From assembly GCA_964504885.1 (NCBI GenBank), contig CAZDGC010000020.1:3552-67551 (forward strand): a stretch of 64,000 nt of DNA, given 5' to 3'. The notes below the pieces were generated by a model. It did no database searches. It was given only the letters and a program-made list of their open reading frames with translations, and was not told where the DNA came from. The translations under genes were made by a program, and so were the position numbers. Source of the stretch: an uncultured Opitutus sp. Its GTDB lineage: Bacteria > Verrucomicrobiota > Verrucomicrobiia > Opitutales > Opitutaceae. Positions 1-9,353 of the stretch are shown in pieces (the stretch's first letter is position 1; the number at the start of each line of letters is the position of its first letter).

Positions 1-144
1 CGATCCGCTGATGTCGCCGTGGTCTTTGTCGAGCCCTACGAAGGCCGCACCATCTTTCGTGAAATGCCGCTCAACGAACGTGGTGAACTCGTGAAGGCCT
101 GGCCCGGTGGGTTTTTCGAGGAGGATCTCGACGAGATGTTCTGA
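1..144 (+). CDS. C-terminus of AAA/ABC-type ATPase with DUF3696-like tail (5'-truncated by window)
   Basis: Not in the ORF track. Frame 1 reads RSADVAVVFVEPYEGRTIFREMPLNERGELVKAWPGGFFEEDLDEMF-stop. The G-x4-WPxGFF ending is typical of DUF3696, found at the end of AAA_15/AAA_21 ATPases. Confidence 0.7.
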   Translation, partial: RSADVAVVFVEPYEGRTIFREMPLNERGELVKAWPGGFFEEDLDEMF

Positions 145-148
145 CGCC

Positions 149-1102
149 ATGCTCCACGAAATTGCCATCACCCCGAGCGTGTTCTACCGCGAGACCTACG
201 CGCATCCGAACGTATGCGACGCCCACATGCAGGGCATTCGTGAGGCGCTCCTGGAATACCTGCTCGTGCGGGACCTGCGCAGCAGCGCTTGGCAAACCGA
301 ACTGCTGTCGAAATTCGGCGAGATGACCGCTCCCGCCAAAGAACTAATCAAGAAGTGCATCAAGCGAGGGAGGTTTCGGACGTTTCCCAGTGCGATTGAG
401 GAGGCCCCCATCGATGCCGCCGGGTGGTGTCGTGAAGCTCTGGCGACATACCAACAGGAGTCCATGGCTGGAATTCTAGCATGTCCGACCGGCAAGGCGG
501 CTTACGCAGGTGAACCGTTGGTTGCCTCCGTCGAGAGACACACCGGCGCAGGCTGGTGGCAGCAGTGCGTAACGAGTTGCCATCCCGACGGGCCGCGTGT
601 TCCGCGAACCACTCGCGCCTACTTGGATCGCCTTGGGAACATACTGCGTCACGCGAAACACATTGCCTTCACCGATCCCCACCTGGATCCAAGTCGCGCA
701 GGTTACCGCGAATTTTTCGAATTACTCAAAGCGACAGCACGACCTCACGGACCAAAGGCACTGGTCGAGATTCATCGCGTGCGTTATGTAGGGTCAGGCT
801 CCAGTCGCACTTTTCCAGAAAGAGCGGAATGGGAGCAGCGATTTCGGAGCACACTAGACTCCGCACTGGCAGCGGTCGGTGTGAGTGTGGAGGTGTTCAT
901 TTGGAATGAAGAGCACGACCGACATCTGATCTCCGACCTCCTCGGCCTGCACGTTGGCAACGGTTTCGACACCACTACCGCTCCAAATGCCGTCTCAACC
1001 TGGACGCGTCTTTCGTCCCGGGATCGCGACAGCGTTCAGCGTTCGTACGATCCACAAGCCCGTTCTTCCTCTCTTTACCACCGATTCAACATTGGAGCAT
1101 GA
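149..1102 (+). CDS. Hypothetical protein with C-terminal PLD-like (DP..HDR..G.GFD) putative nuclease domain
   Basis: ATG 4 nt after the upstream stop (MLHEIAITPSVF). Motifs FTDPHLDP, VEIHR and EEHDRHLISDLLGLHVGNGFD. Codon usage is less GC-biased than the flanks. Confidence 0.65.
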   Translation: MLHEIAITPSVFYRETYAHPNVCDAHMQGIREALLEYLLVRDLRSSAWQTELLSKFGEMTAPAKELIKKCIKRGRFRTFPSAIEEAPIDAAGWCREALATYQQESMAGILACPTGKAAYAGEPLVASVERHTGAGWWQQCVTSCHPDGPRVPRTTRAYLDRLGNILRHAKHIAFTDPHLDPSRAGYREFFELLKATARPHGPKALVEIHRVRYVGSGSSRTFPERAEWEQRFRSTLDSALAAVGVSVEVFIWNEEHDRHLISDLLGLHVGNGFDTTTAPNAVSTWTRLSSRDRDSVQRSYDPQARSSSLYHRFNIGA

Positions 1103-1121
1103 GGAATCCACCAACACACCC

Positions 1122-1793
1122 ATGATTGAGGCCTCACGCGTCTCCAAATCCTACGCCACGCCTGCCGGCCCCGTGCCCGTGCTGCGCGATCTCGATCTGC
1201 GCGTCGCGGCCGGCGAGTCCGCCGCCATCGTCGGCCCCTCCGGCAGCGGCAAGACCACGCTCCTCAACCTCCTCGGCGCCCTTGACCAGCCCACCTCCGG
1301 CTCCCTCCGCATCGACGGCGCCGAACTCGCCTCGCTCGATCCCGCGGCCGCCGCCCGCTTCCGCAACCGCACGATCGGCTTCGTCTTCCAGCTCCACTAC
1401 CTCCTGCCCCAGTGCACCGTGCTGGAAAACGTCCTCGTCCCCCGCCTCGCCGGCGGCTGGGAGGAGGACGCCGCCACCACCCGCGCCCGCGCCGAGGCCC
1501 TGCTCGCCCAGGTCGGCCTGCAGGACCGCCTCGGCCACCGGCCGTATCAACTTTCCGGAGGCGAACAGCTCCGCGTCGCCATCGCCCGCGCCCTGATCAA
1601 CCAGCCCAAGATCATCCTGGCCGACGAACCCACCGGCTCCCTCGACTCCGCCACCGGCGAACGCATCGCCGATCTGTTCCTCCGCACCCAGGAGGCCGCG
1701 CGCGTCGCCCTTGTCGTTGTCACCCACCACCCGGGCCTCGCCCGGCGCCTGCACCGCACCTACCGGCTAGTCGACGGGAGGCTGGAGGGATGA
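1122..1793 (+). CDS. ABC transporter ATP-binding protein, LolD/MacB-like
   Basis: Walker [29 protein letters not shown]. Start taken at MIEASRV. Confidence 0.93.
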   Translation: MIEASRVSKSYATPAGPVPVLRDLDLRVAAGESAAIVGPSGSGKTTLLNLLGALDQPTSGSLRIDGAELASLDPAAAARFRNRTIGFVFQLHYLLPQCTVLENVLVPRLAGGWEEDAATTRARAEALLAQVGLQDRLGHRPYQLSGGEQLRVAIARALINQPKIILADEPTGSLDSATGERIADLFLRTQEAARVALVVVTHHPGLARRLHRTYRLVDGRLEG

Positions 1794-4700
1794 CTCCCGC
1801 GCGCTATCTGCTCCGCAGCCTGGTGCATCACCGGTACGCCCACCTCGGCGTGCTGGCCGGCGCCATCCTCGGCGCCACCGTGCTCCTCGGCGCCCTCTTC
1901 GCCGGCGATTCCGTCAAGGCCTCGCTCCGCCAGCTCGCCGAACAACGCACCGGACGCGCCACCCACGTGCTCACCTCCGGCGACCGTTTCTTCCGCGAGG
2001 CCCTCGCCGCCGACTTCGCCGCCGCCGCCGGCCCCGGCGTCCGCACCGTTCCCGCCATCCTCACCCGCGGCACCGCCGTGCACGCCACCACCCAGGCCCG
2101 CGCCCACGCGGTGCAACTCGCCGGCGTCACCCCCGCGTTCTGGGAACTGGCCCCACGGCCCGCCCGCGTCGCGTTTCCCGCGGAGGACGCCGTCATCATC
2201 AACGACACCCTCGCCCGCCGCCTCAACCTCGCCCGCGGCGACACCGTCGTGGTGCGTTTCCCCAAGCCCGGCATCCTCGCCGGCAACGCCCCCATCGCCG
2301 GCGGCGAAACCACGCTGCAAACCCTGCGCGGCACGGTCGCCGCCATCGTCGGCGACACCGGCTTCGGCCGCTTCAGCCTCGATGGCACCCAGCTTCCGCC
2401 CGCCACCGTGTTCCTGCCGATCGCGCGCCTGCAGCAGGCCCTCGATCAGCCGGCCCGCGCCAACCTGCTCCTGATCGAGCGCGGCCCCGCGGGCACGGCG
2501 GGCGCGGCCACCGATCTCGCCGCCGCGCTGGGCCGCGCCGTGCAGCTTGCCGACTACGGGCTCGCCCTGCGCTGGCTCGAGACGCCCCGCGCCTTCGAGC
2601 TCACCTCGACGCGCATCTTCCTCGACCCCGAACTCGACGACGCCGCCCGTGCCGCCTGGCCGGACGCACAGCCGGTGACGTCGTATCTGGTCAACGAATT
2701 CAAGGTGCGCGACCGCACCGCGCCCTACTCGATCGGCACGGCGACCACCCCCGGCGCCGCGCCGTTCCTGCCCGCCGACCTCGGCCCGCGCGAGCTCGTG
2801 CTCAACGACTGGCTCGCGCAGGACCTCGCCGCCGGCGTCGGCGACACCGTGCGGCTCGCGTATTACCAGGCCGCGGACGGCGGCACCCTGGTCGAACGCA
2901 CCGCGGAATTCCGCGTGCGCGCCGTCGTCCCCCTCGCCGGCCTCGCCGCCGACCGCGCCTGGATGCCCGAGTTTCCCGGCATCACCAACACCGACAGCCC
3001 GCGCGAATGGAACCCCGGCCTGCCGCTCGACCTGACGCGCATCCGCGATCAGGACGAAAAATACTGGGACGATCACCGCGGCGCGCCCAAGGCTTTCCTC
3101 TCCCCCGCGGCCGGCCGCGAACTCTGGTCGACGCGCTGGGGCACGCACACCGCGCTCCGCGTCGCCGCGCCGCGCGAACGCGAAGCGGAACTCTCCGCCG
3201 CGCTGCGGCAGGCCCTGCGCCCGGAGATGAACCAGCTTCTGCTGCGCGACTTCGGCGCCGCCGCGGTCGCGGCGGCCGCCCCCTCGGTGGATTTTGCCGG
3301 GCTGTTCGTGGGCCTGAGCTTCTTCCTCATCCTCGCCGCGCTCGGGCTGGTGGCGCTGCTCTTCCAGTTCTCGCTCCTGCAGCGCAACCGCGAGGACGCC
3401 CTGCTCGGCGCCGTCGGTGTCGCGCCGCGCGCCGTGCTGCGCTGGCGCCTGCTCGAAGGAGGCACGATCCTCCTGCTCGGCGCCGCCGCCGGACTGCCGC
3501 TCGCCGCGCTCTACACGCGCGGCATCCTGCGTTTTCTCGCCACCATCTGGTCCGGCACGGGCGGGGGCGCCGCCTTCGCCTTCGCCGCGGGCCCGGCCAG
3601 CCTCGCCGCCGGCCTCGGCGGCTTCCTGCTGCTCTCCCTCGGCGCCATCTGGCTCGCCGCCCGCCGGCTCGCGCGCCGCGCCCTCTCGATCCGGCTCGCC
3701 GCCAGCGCGGAGGAGAGCGTCGCCAGCGATCGGATACGACAGAACTCCCGCCGCCTGGCCGCCGGCGCCGCTTTCGCGGCGGCCGTGGCCGTGGCGCTCT
3801 CCGGGCGCGGTCTGCCGGCCCAGGTCGCGTTCTACCTCGCGGGCTTTGCGCTGCTCGTGGCCGGCCTCGCGCTGTGCCGCGCCTGGCTGGCCGCCGCGCC
3901 CGCGGCCGGCGCCGCCGCTGCGATCGACCCCGCCACCCTCGGCCTGCTCAACCTCAAGGCGCGGCGCACACGCAGCCTCACCGTCGCCGGCCTCATCGCG
4001 ACCGCGGTCTTCATGGTGCTTTCCGTCGCGTCGTTCCGGAAGCAGATCGGCAGCGACTGGCTGGAGCGCGGGAGCGGCACGGGCGGATTTGCGTTCTGGG
4101 TCGAGACCACCGCGCCCCAGAACCCGGCCCGCGACGGCACCGACGGCCGCTTCGAGATCTTCACCGCGGCCGCCGCCGACCTCGGCGCCGTCGTCCCGCT
4201 GCGCGCCGGCGCCGGCGACAACGCCAATTGTTTCAACCTCAACACCACCGCCCAGCCGCAACTGCTCGCCGTCGATCCGGCGAAGCTCGCAGGCCTCCAG
4301 GCGTTCCGCCCGCGCGTGCCCGACCGTGGCCACGAGCGTGCGCGAGTGGACGCCGCCGCTTCCCCCTGGTCCCTCCTCCGCCCCGCACCGGGAGGCGACG
4401 CTCCGCTCCCGGCCTTCGTCGACGCCACGACGCTCCAGTGGGCGCTCAAGCGCAAGGTGGGCGACCTCCTCACCTACACCGACGAAAACGGCCGCGCCTT
4501 TGCAGTGCGCATCGCGGGCACGCTGGCGGACTCGGTTTTCCAGGGTTATCTCCTCGTCGACGAAGCGGCCTTCCTCGCGCGCTTCCCATCGCACGCCGGG
4601 TATTCGGTGTTCCTCGTCGACGCGAAGGATCCCGCTAAGATCGCCGCTCTTCAGCCGCGCCTGCAGGCGGCGGCGGGCGACGCCGGCGGGCGGGTCGACA

Positions 4701-5125
4701 CCACGCGCGACGTGCTGGCGGCGTTCCACCGGATCGAGAACACCTACATCGCGATCTTCAATGTGCTCGGCTCGCTCGGCGTCGTGCTGGGCAGCCTTGG
4801 GCTCGCGATCGTCGTGGCCCGCAACCTGCGCGAGCGACGCGGCGAATTCGCGGTGATGGCGGCCATCGGCATCCCGTCCGCCGTGCTCGGCCGGCTGGTG
4901 TTCGCTGAATTCAGCCGTCTCGTGTTCTGGGGCCTCGCCATCGGCGCCGCCGCCAGCGCCATCGCCGTGTTTCCCAACCTCGCCGGCCTTCCGCCGGCCC
5001 CCACGCTCGCCCTCGTCGCGGCGCTCCTCGCCGGCATCGTCGGGCTCAACCTGCTCAGCGGCTGGCTCGTCTTCCGCTGGTCCCTGCGCGATCTCCGCCC
5101 GGCGCTCGCCCAGGGCGCGGAGTGA
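1790..5125 (+). CDS. ABC transporter permease, duplicated FtsX/MacB type
   Basis: ATGA overlap with the ATPase gene. Two FtsX-like TM blocks (QRNREDALLGAVG, ERRGEFAVMAAIG). Confidence 0.88.
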   Translation: MTPARYLLRSLVHHRYAHLGVLAGAILGATVLLGALFAGDSVKASLRQLAEQRTGRATHVLTSGDRFFREALAADFAAAAGPGVRTVPAILTRGTAVHATTQARAHAVQLAGVTPAFWELAPRPARVAFPAEDAVIINDTLARRLNLARGDTVVVRFPKPGILAGNAPIAGGETTLQTLRGTVAAIVGDTGFGRFSLDGTQLPPATVFLPIARLQQALDQPARANLLLIERGPAGTAGAATDLAAALGRAVQLADYGLALRWLETPRAFELTSTRIFLDPELDDAARAAWPDAQPVTSYLVNEFKVRDRTAPYSIGTATTPGAAPFLPADLGPRELVLNDWLAQDLAAGVGDTVRLAYYQAADGGTLVERTAEFRVRAVVPLAGLAADRAWMPEFPGITNTDSPREWNPGLPLDLTRIRDQDEKYWDDHRGAPKAFLSPAAGRELWSTRWGTHTALRVAAPREREAELSAALRQALRPEMNQLLLRDFGAAAVAAAAPSVDFAGLFVGLSFFLILAALGLVALLFQFSLLQRNREDALLGAVGVAPRAVLRWRLLEGGTILLLGAAAGLPLAALYTRGILRFLATIWSGTGGGAAFAFAAGPASLAAGLGGFLLLSLGAIWLAARRLARRALSIRLAASAEESVASDRIRQNSRRLAAGAAFAAAVAVALSGRGLPAQVAFYLAGFALLVAGLALCRAWLAAAPAAGAAAAIDPATLGLLNLKARRTRSLTVAGLIATAVFMVLSVASFRKQIGSDWLERGSGTGGFAFWVETTAPQNPARDGTDGRFEIFTAAAADLGAVVPLRAGAGDNANCFNLNTTAQPQLLAVDPAKLAGLQAFRPRVPDRGHERARVDAAASPWSLLRPAPGGDAPLPAFVDATTLQWALKRKVGDLLTYTDENGRAFAVRIAGTLADSVFQGYLLVDEAAFLARFPSHAGYSVFLVDAKDPAKIAALQPRLQAAAGDAGGRVDTTRDVLAAFHRIENTYIAIFNVLGSLGVVLGSLGLAIVVARNLRERRGEFAVMAAIGIPSAVLGRLVFAEFSRLVFWGLAIGAAASAIAVFPNLAGLPPAPTLALVAALLAGIVGLNLLSGWLVFRWSLRDLRPALAQGAE

Positions 5126-5126
5126 G

Positions 5127-5167
5127 GGAGCGCGGACGTATCGCCCCCGCGCGGGGCGATCGTCCGC
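5127..5167 (+). repeat. REP-like palindrome, family A, copy 1
   Basis: GGAG-CGCGGACGTATCGCCCC-CGCGC-GGGGCGATCGTCCGC: hairpin with one bulged T, immediately after a stop codon. Confidence 0.75.
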
Positions 5168-5263
5168 CCGCCCGCCTGCCCGCACCTTTCATCCTGAATT
5201 CAGGGTGACGGCGCGGTTGAAATGCGCCGGGTTCGGGGCATGGTCGGCCCAACGCTATCCCCG

Positions 5264-5515
5264 ATGGCCGATCCCCTCCCGAATCCCACCACCACGGTAA
5301 TTGCCGAACTGAACCGGCGCCTGGCCGAGGTCCCGTTTGTCCCGTTCACGATCGTGATGTCCAACGGCGATCGGCATGAGGTGCCGACCGCGGATCACCT
5401 GACCATCACCCGACTGCTGCGCCAGGTGGTGTTGGAAACCGACGAGCCGCGCATCGTCGACATCAACCCCCTGCACGTCGCCAGCATCGAACGCGCCGGC
5501 CGCCCGGCCGCGTGA
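5264..5515 (+). CDS. Small conserved hypothetical protein (PFxPFxI-x-MSxG motif, PVC-type)
   Basis: 83 aa, VPFVPFTIVMSNGDRHEVP...INPLHVASIE, with coding-like codon usage. Confidence 0.7.
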   Translation: MADPLPNPTTTVIAELNRRLAEVPFVPFTIVMSNGDRHEVPTADHLTITRLLRQVVLETDEPRIVDINPLHVASIERAGRPAA

Positions 5516-5517
5516 GA

Positions 5518-5553
5518 GGAGCGCGGACGTATCGCCCCGCGGGCGATCGTCCG
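5518..5553 (+). repeat. REP-like palindrome, family A, copy 2
   Basis: GGAGCGCGGACGTATCGCCC-CGC-GGGCGATCGTCCG, a direct repeat of 5127-5167. Confidence 0.75.
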
Positions 5554-5663
5554 GCAACGCCTCGTGCCGGCCCTGCTTCCTCCCGGTTCGCAGCGGCGGG
5601 ACGCCGCCGCCACTTGGCAGATCCCGCGCCGACTGGCGGCGCTACGCCCGCGCTCCCGCCTGC

Positions 5664-6827
5664 TCAGCGGTTGAACGACTTGGTGAAATCGGTCGCGACC
5701 TGCTGCACGACCTTCTTCTCGCGGCGCGATTCGGCGATGAGCTGGTTGAGCTTCGCCTCCCAGGCCGCGCTGTCCATCGGCAGCTCGATGGTCTGGTTGA
5801 TGAGCGACGAATAGAGGAGAACGTTGGCGAGCTCGACCGAGCCCATGCCCTCGGCGCCGGGCGCGATCAGCGGCGTGCCGTCGAGGATGGCGTCGACGAA
5901 ATTCTGGATCAGCGTCGCGTGCGGGTTGGCGGCGTTGTCGAAGGGGATTTCGACGTTCCAGACCTCGGGCTTCGCGAAGCCGCTCTTCGAGGTCTTGCTG
6001 AACTCGATCATGTCGGCGTCGTTGCGCGTGAAGAACACCTTGTTGTTTTCGAGGACGAGCTTGCCGCGCGTGCCGCAGATCTCGAAGCGGTTGGTGCCGG
6101 GGGCCTCGCCGGTGGAGGAGATGAAGACGCCGGTCGCGCCGTTCTTCCACTCGAGGTAGGTGGTGATGTTGTCCTCGACCTCGATGTCGTGGAAGCGGCC
6201 GAGCTGGCAGAAGCCGCGCACGCGGGCCGGCATGCCGCACAGCCACTGGAGCATGTCGAGCTGGTGCAGGCACTGGTTGAGCAGCACGCCGCCACCCTCG
6301 CCCTTCCAGGTCGCGCGCCAGCCGCCGCTCGCGTAGTAGGCCTCGGTGCGGAACCAGTCGGTGATGATCCAGTTCACGCGCACAATCTCCCCGAGTTCGC
6401 CGCTCTCGATGAGTTTGCGGATCTTCAGGTAGCGCGGCTCGACGCGCATCTGGAACATGCCGGCAAAGACCTGCTTCGGCCGCTCGGTCGCGCAGGCGAT
6501 GAGGCGCTCGGCGTCGGCCTTGTGCGCGGAGATCGGCTTCTCGACCATCACGTGCAGGCCGGCCTTGAGCGCGGCGATGCCGAGCGAGGTGTGCAGGAAG
6601 TGCGGCGTGGCGACGACGATGGCATCGATCTCGCCGGAGCGGATCATCTCCTCGGCGTCGGTGTACGTCTTGAGGCCGGGTTTGTCCTTGAACGCCTCCA
6701 GGCTCGGCGCGAACGCGTCGCTCACGGCGGTCAGGGTGCAGCGGGAAATCTTGTTCTCGAGGAGGTAGCCGGTGTGAAACCGCCCGATGTTGCCGAGGCC
6801 GACGATGCCGAGACGTACGTTTTTCAT
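5664..6827 (-). CDS. Gfo/Idh/MocA family oxidoreductase
   Basis: GIVGLGNIG, VATPHFLH, HVMVEKP, GGGVLLNQCLHQLD. Confidence 0.92.
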   Translation of the reverse strand: MKNVRLGIVGLGNIGRFHTGYLLENKISRCTLTAVSDAFAPSLEAFKDKPGLKTYTDAEEMIRSGEIDAIVVATPHFLHTSLGIAALKAGLHVMVEKPISAHKADAERLIACATERPKQVFAGMFQMRVEPRYLKIRKLIESGELGEIVRVNWIITDWFRTEAYYASGGWRATWKGEGGGVLLNQCLHQLDMLQWLCGMPARVRGFCQLGRFHDIEVEDNITTYLEWKNGATGVFISSTGEAPGTNRFEICGTRGKLVLENNKVFFTRNDADMIEFSKTSKSGFAKPEVWNVEIPFDNAANPHATLIQNFVDAILDGTPLIAPGAEGMGSVELANVLLYSSLINQTIELPMDSAAWEAKLNQLIAESRREKKVVQQVATDFTKSFNR

Positions 6828-6913
6828 AGAAGGGTCGGCGACTATCGCCGCAGGCAAAAACGCCCCGCAACCACTTTCTGCGGCCGCGAGCGCCTGCCAC
6901 TGGATGGCGGCAA

Positions 6914-7045
6914 TTGACGACGCTGCCCGCTACGGACGGAGTCGCGCGACCCGGTTGCTTGGTTGCTCCGTGGCGGGAAACTGAACCACCGAGCAACGGA
7001 GTAACGGAGGAGCGGGGCGATTGCGGAGGGGGGCAGCGTCGTCAA
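6914..7045. repeat. Nested inverted repeat (long hairpin) in a divergent intergenic region
   Basis: Perfect 15-bp IR TTGACGACGCTGCCC (6914-6928) / GGGCAGCGTCGTCAA (7031-7045) enclosing an imperfect 20-bp IR (6954-6973 / 6986-7005). Confidence 0.7.
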
Positions 7046-7133
7046 CTGACGCAATCCGAGATTCGCCTCGGTCTCACGCGGCAGGCGGCGGCGCCATTGA
7101 CCGCCACGCGGCGCGACCCTTTCCTTCGCCGCC

Positions 7134-8009
7134 ATGTCCCTTTCCCTCGTTGTCCTCGCCGCCGGCATGGGCTCGCGCTACGGCGGACTGAAACAAGTCG
7201 ATCCCGTGGGCCCGGCCGGCGAAACCGTGCTCGACTACGCCGTGTTCGACGCCCGCCGCGCCGGTTTCACCCGCGTGATCTTCGTCATCCGGCGCGATTT
7301 CGAGGCCCTCTTTCGCGACACCATCGGCGCCCGCTACTCCGGCCGGATGGAGGTCGACTACGTCTTCCAGTCGCTCGACGCCCTGCCGCCCGGCCACGCC
7401 GTGCCCGCCGGCCGCGAAAAGCCCTGGGGCACCGGTCATGCGGTGTGGTGCGCCCGCGCCGCGCTGCCGGGCAATTTCGCGGTGATCAACGCCGATGACT
7501 TCTACGGCGCCGACTCGTTCGCGCGCCTGGCGGCGTTCCTGCGCGAGGCCCGCGGCGGGCAGTTCGCGATGGTGGGCTTCCGCCTCGCCAACACCCTCTC
7601 CGAACACGGCGCGGTTTCGCGTGGAGTCACCGTCGTCGCGGCCGATGGCGGGCTGCAAGCGATCGTCGAGACGCACGGCATCACCGCGGATCAGGTGGGG
7701 CCGGGGCGACGCTACACCGGCGCCGAACTGGTCTCGCTCAACTGCTGGGGCTTTACGCCGGCCCTGTTCGCCGGGCTCGATGCGCAATTCGCGGCGTTCC
7801 TGCGCGACCACGGCGCCGAGCCCAAGGCGGAGTTCTACCTGCCGGCCGCGGTGTCCGCGCTGGTGGCGCCAGGCGCCGCCACCGTCCGCGTGCTGCCGAC
7901 CACGAGCACGTGGTTCGGGGTGACCTACCGCGAGGACAAGCCCCGGGTGCAGGCCGCGATCGCGGAACTTGTCCGCGCCGGCCAGTACCCGGCGAACCTC
8001 CTGGGCTGA
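7134..8009 (+). CDS. Sugar-phosphate nucleotidyltransferase family protein
   Basis: LVVLAAGMGSRYGGLKQ, KPWGTGHAV, VINADDFYG. Confidence 0.9.
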   Translation: MSLSLVVLAAGMGSRYGGLKQVDPVGPAGETVLDYAVFDARRAGFTRVIFVIRRDFEALFRDTIGARYSGRMEVDYVFQSLDALPPGHAVPAGREKPWGTGHAVWCARAALPGNFAVINADDFYGADSFARLAAFLREARGGQFAMVGFRLANTLSEHGAVSRGVTVVAADGGLQAIVETHGITADQVGPGRRYTGAELVSLNCWGFTPALFAGLDAQFAAFLRDHGAEPKAEFYLPAAVSALVAPGAATVRVLPTTSTWFGVTYREDKPRVQAAIAELVRAGQYPANLLG

Positions 8010-8159
8010 GGACTCGCGGCGCCGCGGGCGCCCGGCGCGTTTCCCGCGCCGCGAACCGCACGGGCGACGGTTGGATGCCGACCCCGCCGAGGCGCCCTGC
8101 TTGTGGGTCGGGGAAAAACCTTTCGCCAGACAGCCGGAAGGCGCACTAAACTGCGGATC

Positions 8160-8597
8160 ATGCGCCTCGCGGTGATCTCCGACACCCACGACCGTTACCT
8201 GCCGGAATTCCCGGAGCGGCTGCGCGGTGCCGATGAGATCTGGCATCTGGGCGACGTGTGCGCACCGGCCGTCCTGGTCGAGTTCGAACAACTCGGCGTG
8301 CCCGTGCGGGTGGTGGCGGGCAACTGCGACGCGCATCCCTGGCCGGCGACGCTCGATCTGGTGCGCGCGGGGCTGCGCTGCCACCTGGTGCACATCCCGC
8401 CGCGGCACGCGCCGGCCGGAGCACATCTCGTGTTGCACGGTCACACCCACGTGCCGCGCGACGAGATCGATGCCGCCGGCGTGCGCTGGCTCAACCCGGG
8501 CTGCATCACGCGGCCGAACCGCGGGGCGCCGGCAAGTTTCGCCTGGCTTGAACTCGAGTACGGCCGGCCGCCGGAATGGCGCCTGGTGCGGGTGTGA
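8160..8597 (+). CDS. YfcE-like metallophosphoesterase
   Basis: SDTH, HLGD, GNCD, HGHTH, NPG motifs. Confidence 0.92.
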   Translation: MRLAVISDTHDRYLPEFPERLRGADEIWHLGDVCAPAVLVEFEQLGVPVRVVAGNCDAHPWPATLDLVRAGLRCHLVHIPPRHAPAGAHLVLHGHTHVPRDEIDAAGVRWLNPGCITRPNRGAPASFAWLELEYGRPPEWRLVRV

Positions 8598-8729
8598 AGA
8601 CCGGGCCGGCGCAGCGGCGACTTTCCCGTTGCCAGCCCGGCGCGGGACCGGATTAAGAAGAGGAGGAAAGGCCGCCGCGTCGGGAGCGCCCGCCCCCTCC
8701 CGCGCCGGCGGAGTTACCGCCGCCCCTTC

Positions 8730-9332
8730 GTGAACCGCAAACACTGGCCCAACGTGGTCACCGCCTCGCGCCTCGCGCTGATGCCCGCGGTGCTGGCCTC
8801 CGCCCTCGCGGGCTCGCGACCCTGGTTTGCCGGTCTCATCGCCACCGCACTGCTCACCGACGCGATCGACGGATTCCTCGCCCGGCGGCTCCAGGCGTAT
8901 TCGGATTTTGGACGCAAACTCGACAGCGTGGCCGACTACGTGACGATGCTCGTCGGGGTCACGGGCATCGCGCTGCTGTGGCCGGAGATCGTGCGGCGCG
9001 AGCTGCCGTGGGTCATCACCGGGGTGACCGCCTTCTTCGCCGTCATCGTCTACGGTCTTGTGCGGCTGGGACACGTGCCGTGCTACCACACCTGGGCTTC
9101 GAAGGCCGGGGCGATCGTGTGTCCGTTCACGCTGGTGCCGCTCCTGAACGGGTGGACGGCGGCGCCGTTTCACGCCGCGATGGTGTGGCTGGTGATCACG
9201 GGAGTGGAGGAGATTGCGATTGCGATGCTGGTGCCGCGGCATTCGGGCGAGATGGCCACGGTCTGGCATGCCTGGCGGCAGAGGCGGGAAGCGGCCGCGG
9301 CACGCGACAAGGCGCTCGATTCCGGCGCGTGA
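8730..9332 (+). CDS. CDP-alcohol phosphatidyltransferase family protein
   Basis: PNxxT..R and DAIDGFLARR..GRKLDSVAD signature. Confidence 0.9.
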   Translation: MNRKHWPNVVTASRLALMPAVLASALAGSRPWFAGLIATALLTDAIDGFLARRLQAYSDFGRKLDSVADYVTMLVGVTGIALLWPEIVRRELPWVITGVTAFFAVIVYGLVRLGHVPCYHTWASKAGAIVCPFTLVPLLNGWTAAPFHAAMVWLVITGVEEIAIAMLVPRHSGEMATVWHAWRQRREAAAARDKALDSGA

Positions 9333-9353
9333 ATCGTTTCACTGCCGCCCCGA

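Noticed and set aside
1760..5185. 1141-aa minus-strand ORF (and similar long shadow ORFs at 26217-29561, 37787-40321, 48455-50773 and 58771-60924)
   Set aside because: Antisense or alternate-frame shadows of real genes. Stop codons are rare at this GC content and the translations carry no family motifs.
5127..5553. Possible CRISPR array or integron attC cassette
   Set aside because: Only two copies ~390 nt apart, no cas genes or integrase, and no RYYYAAC/GTTRRRY core sites.
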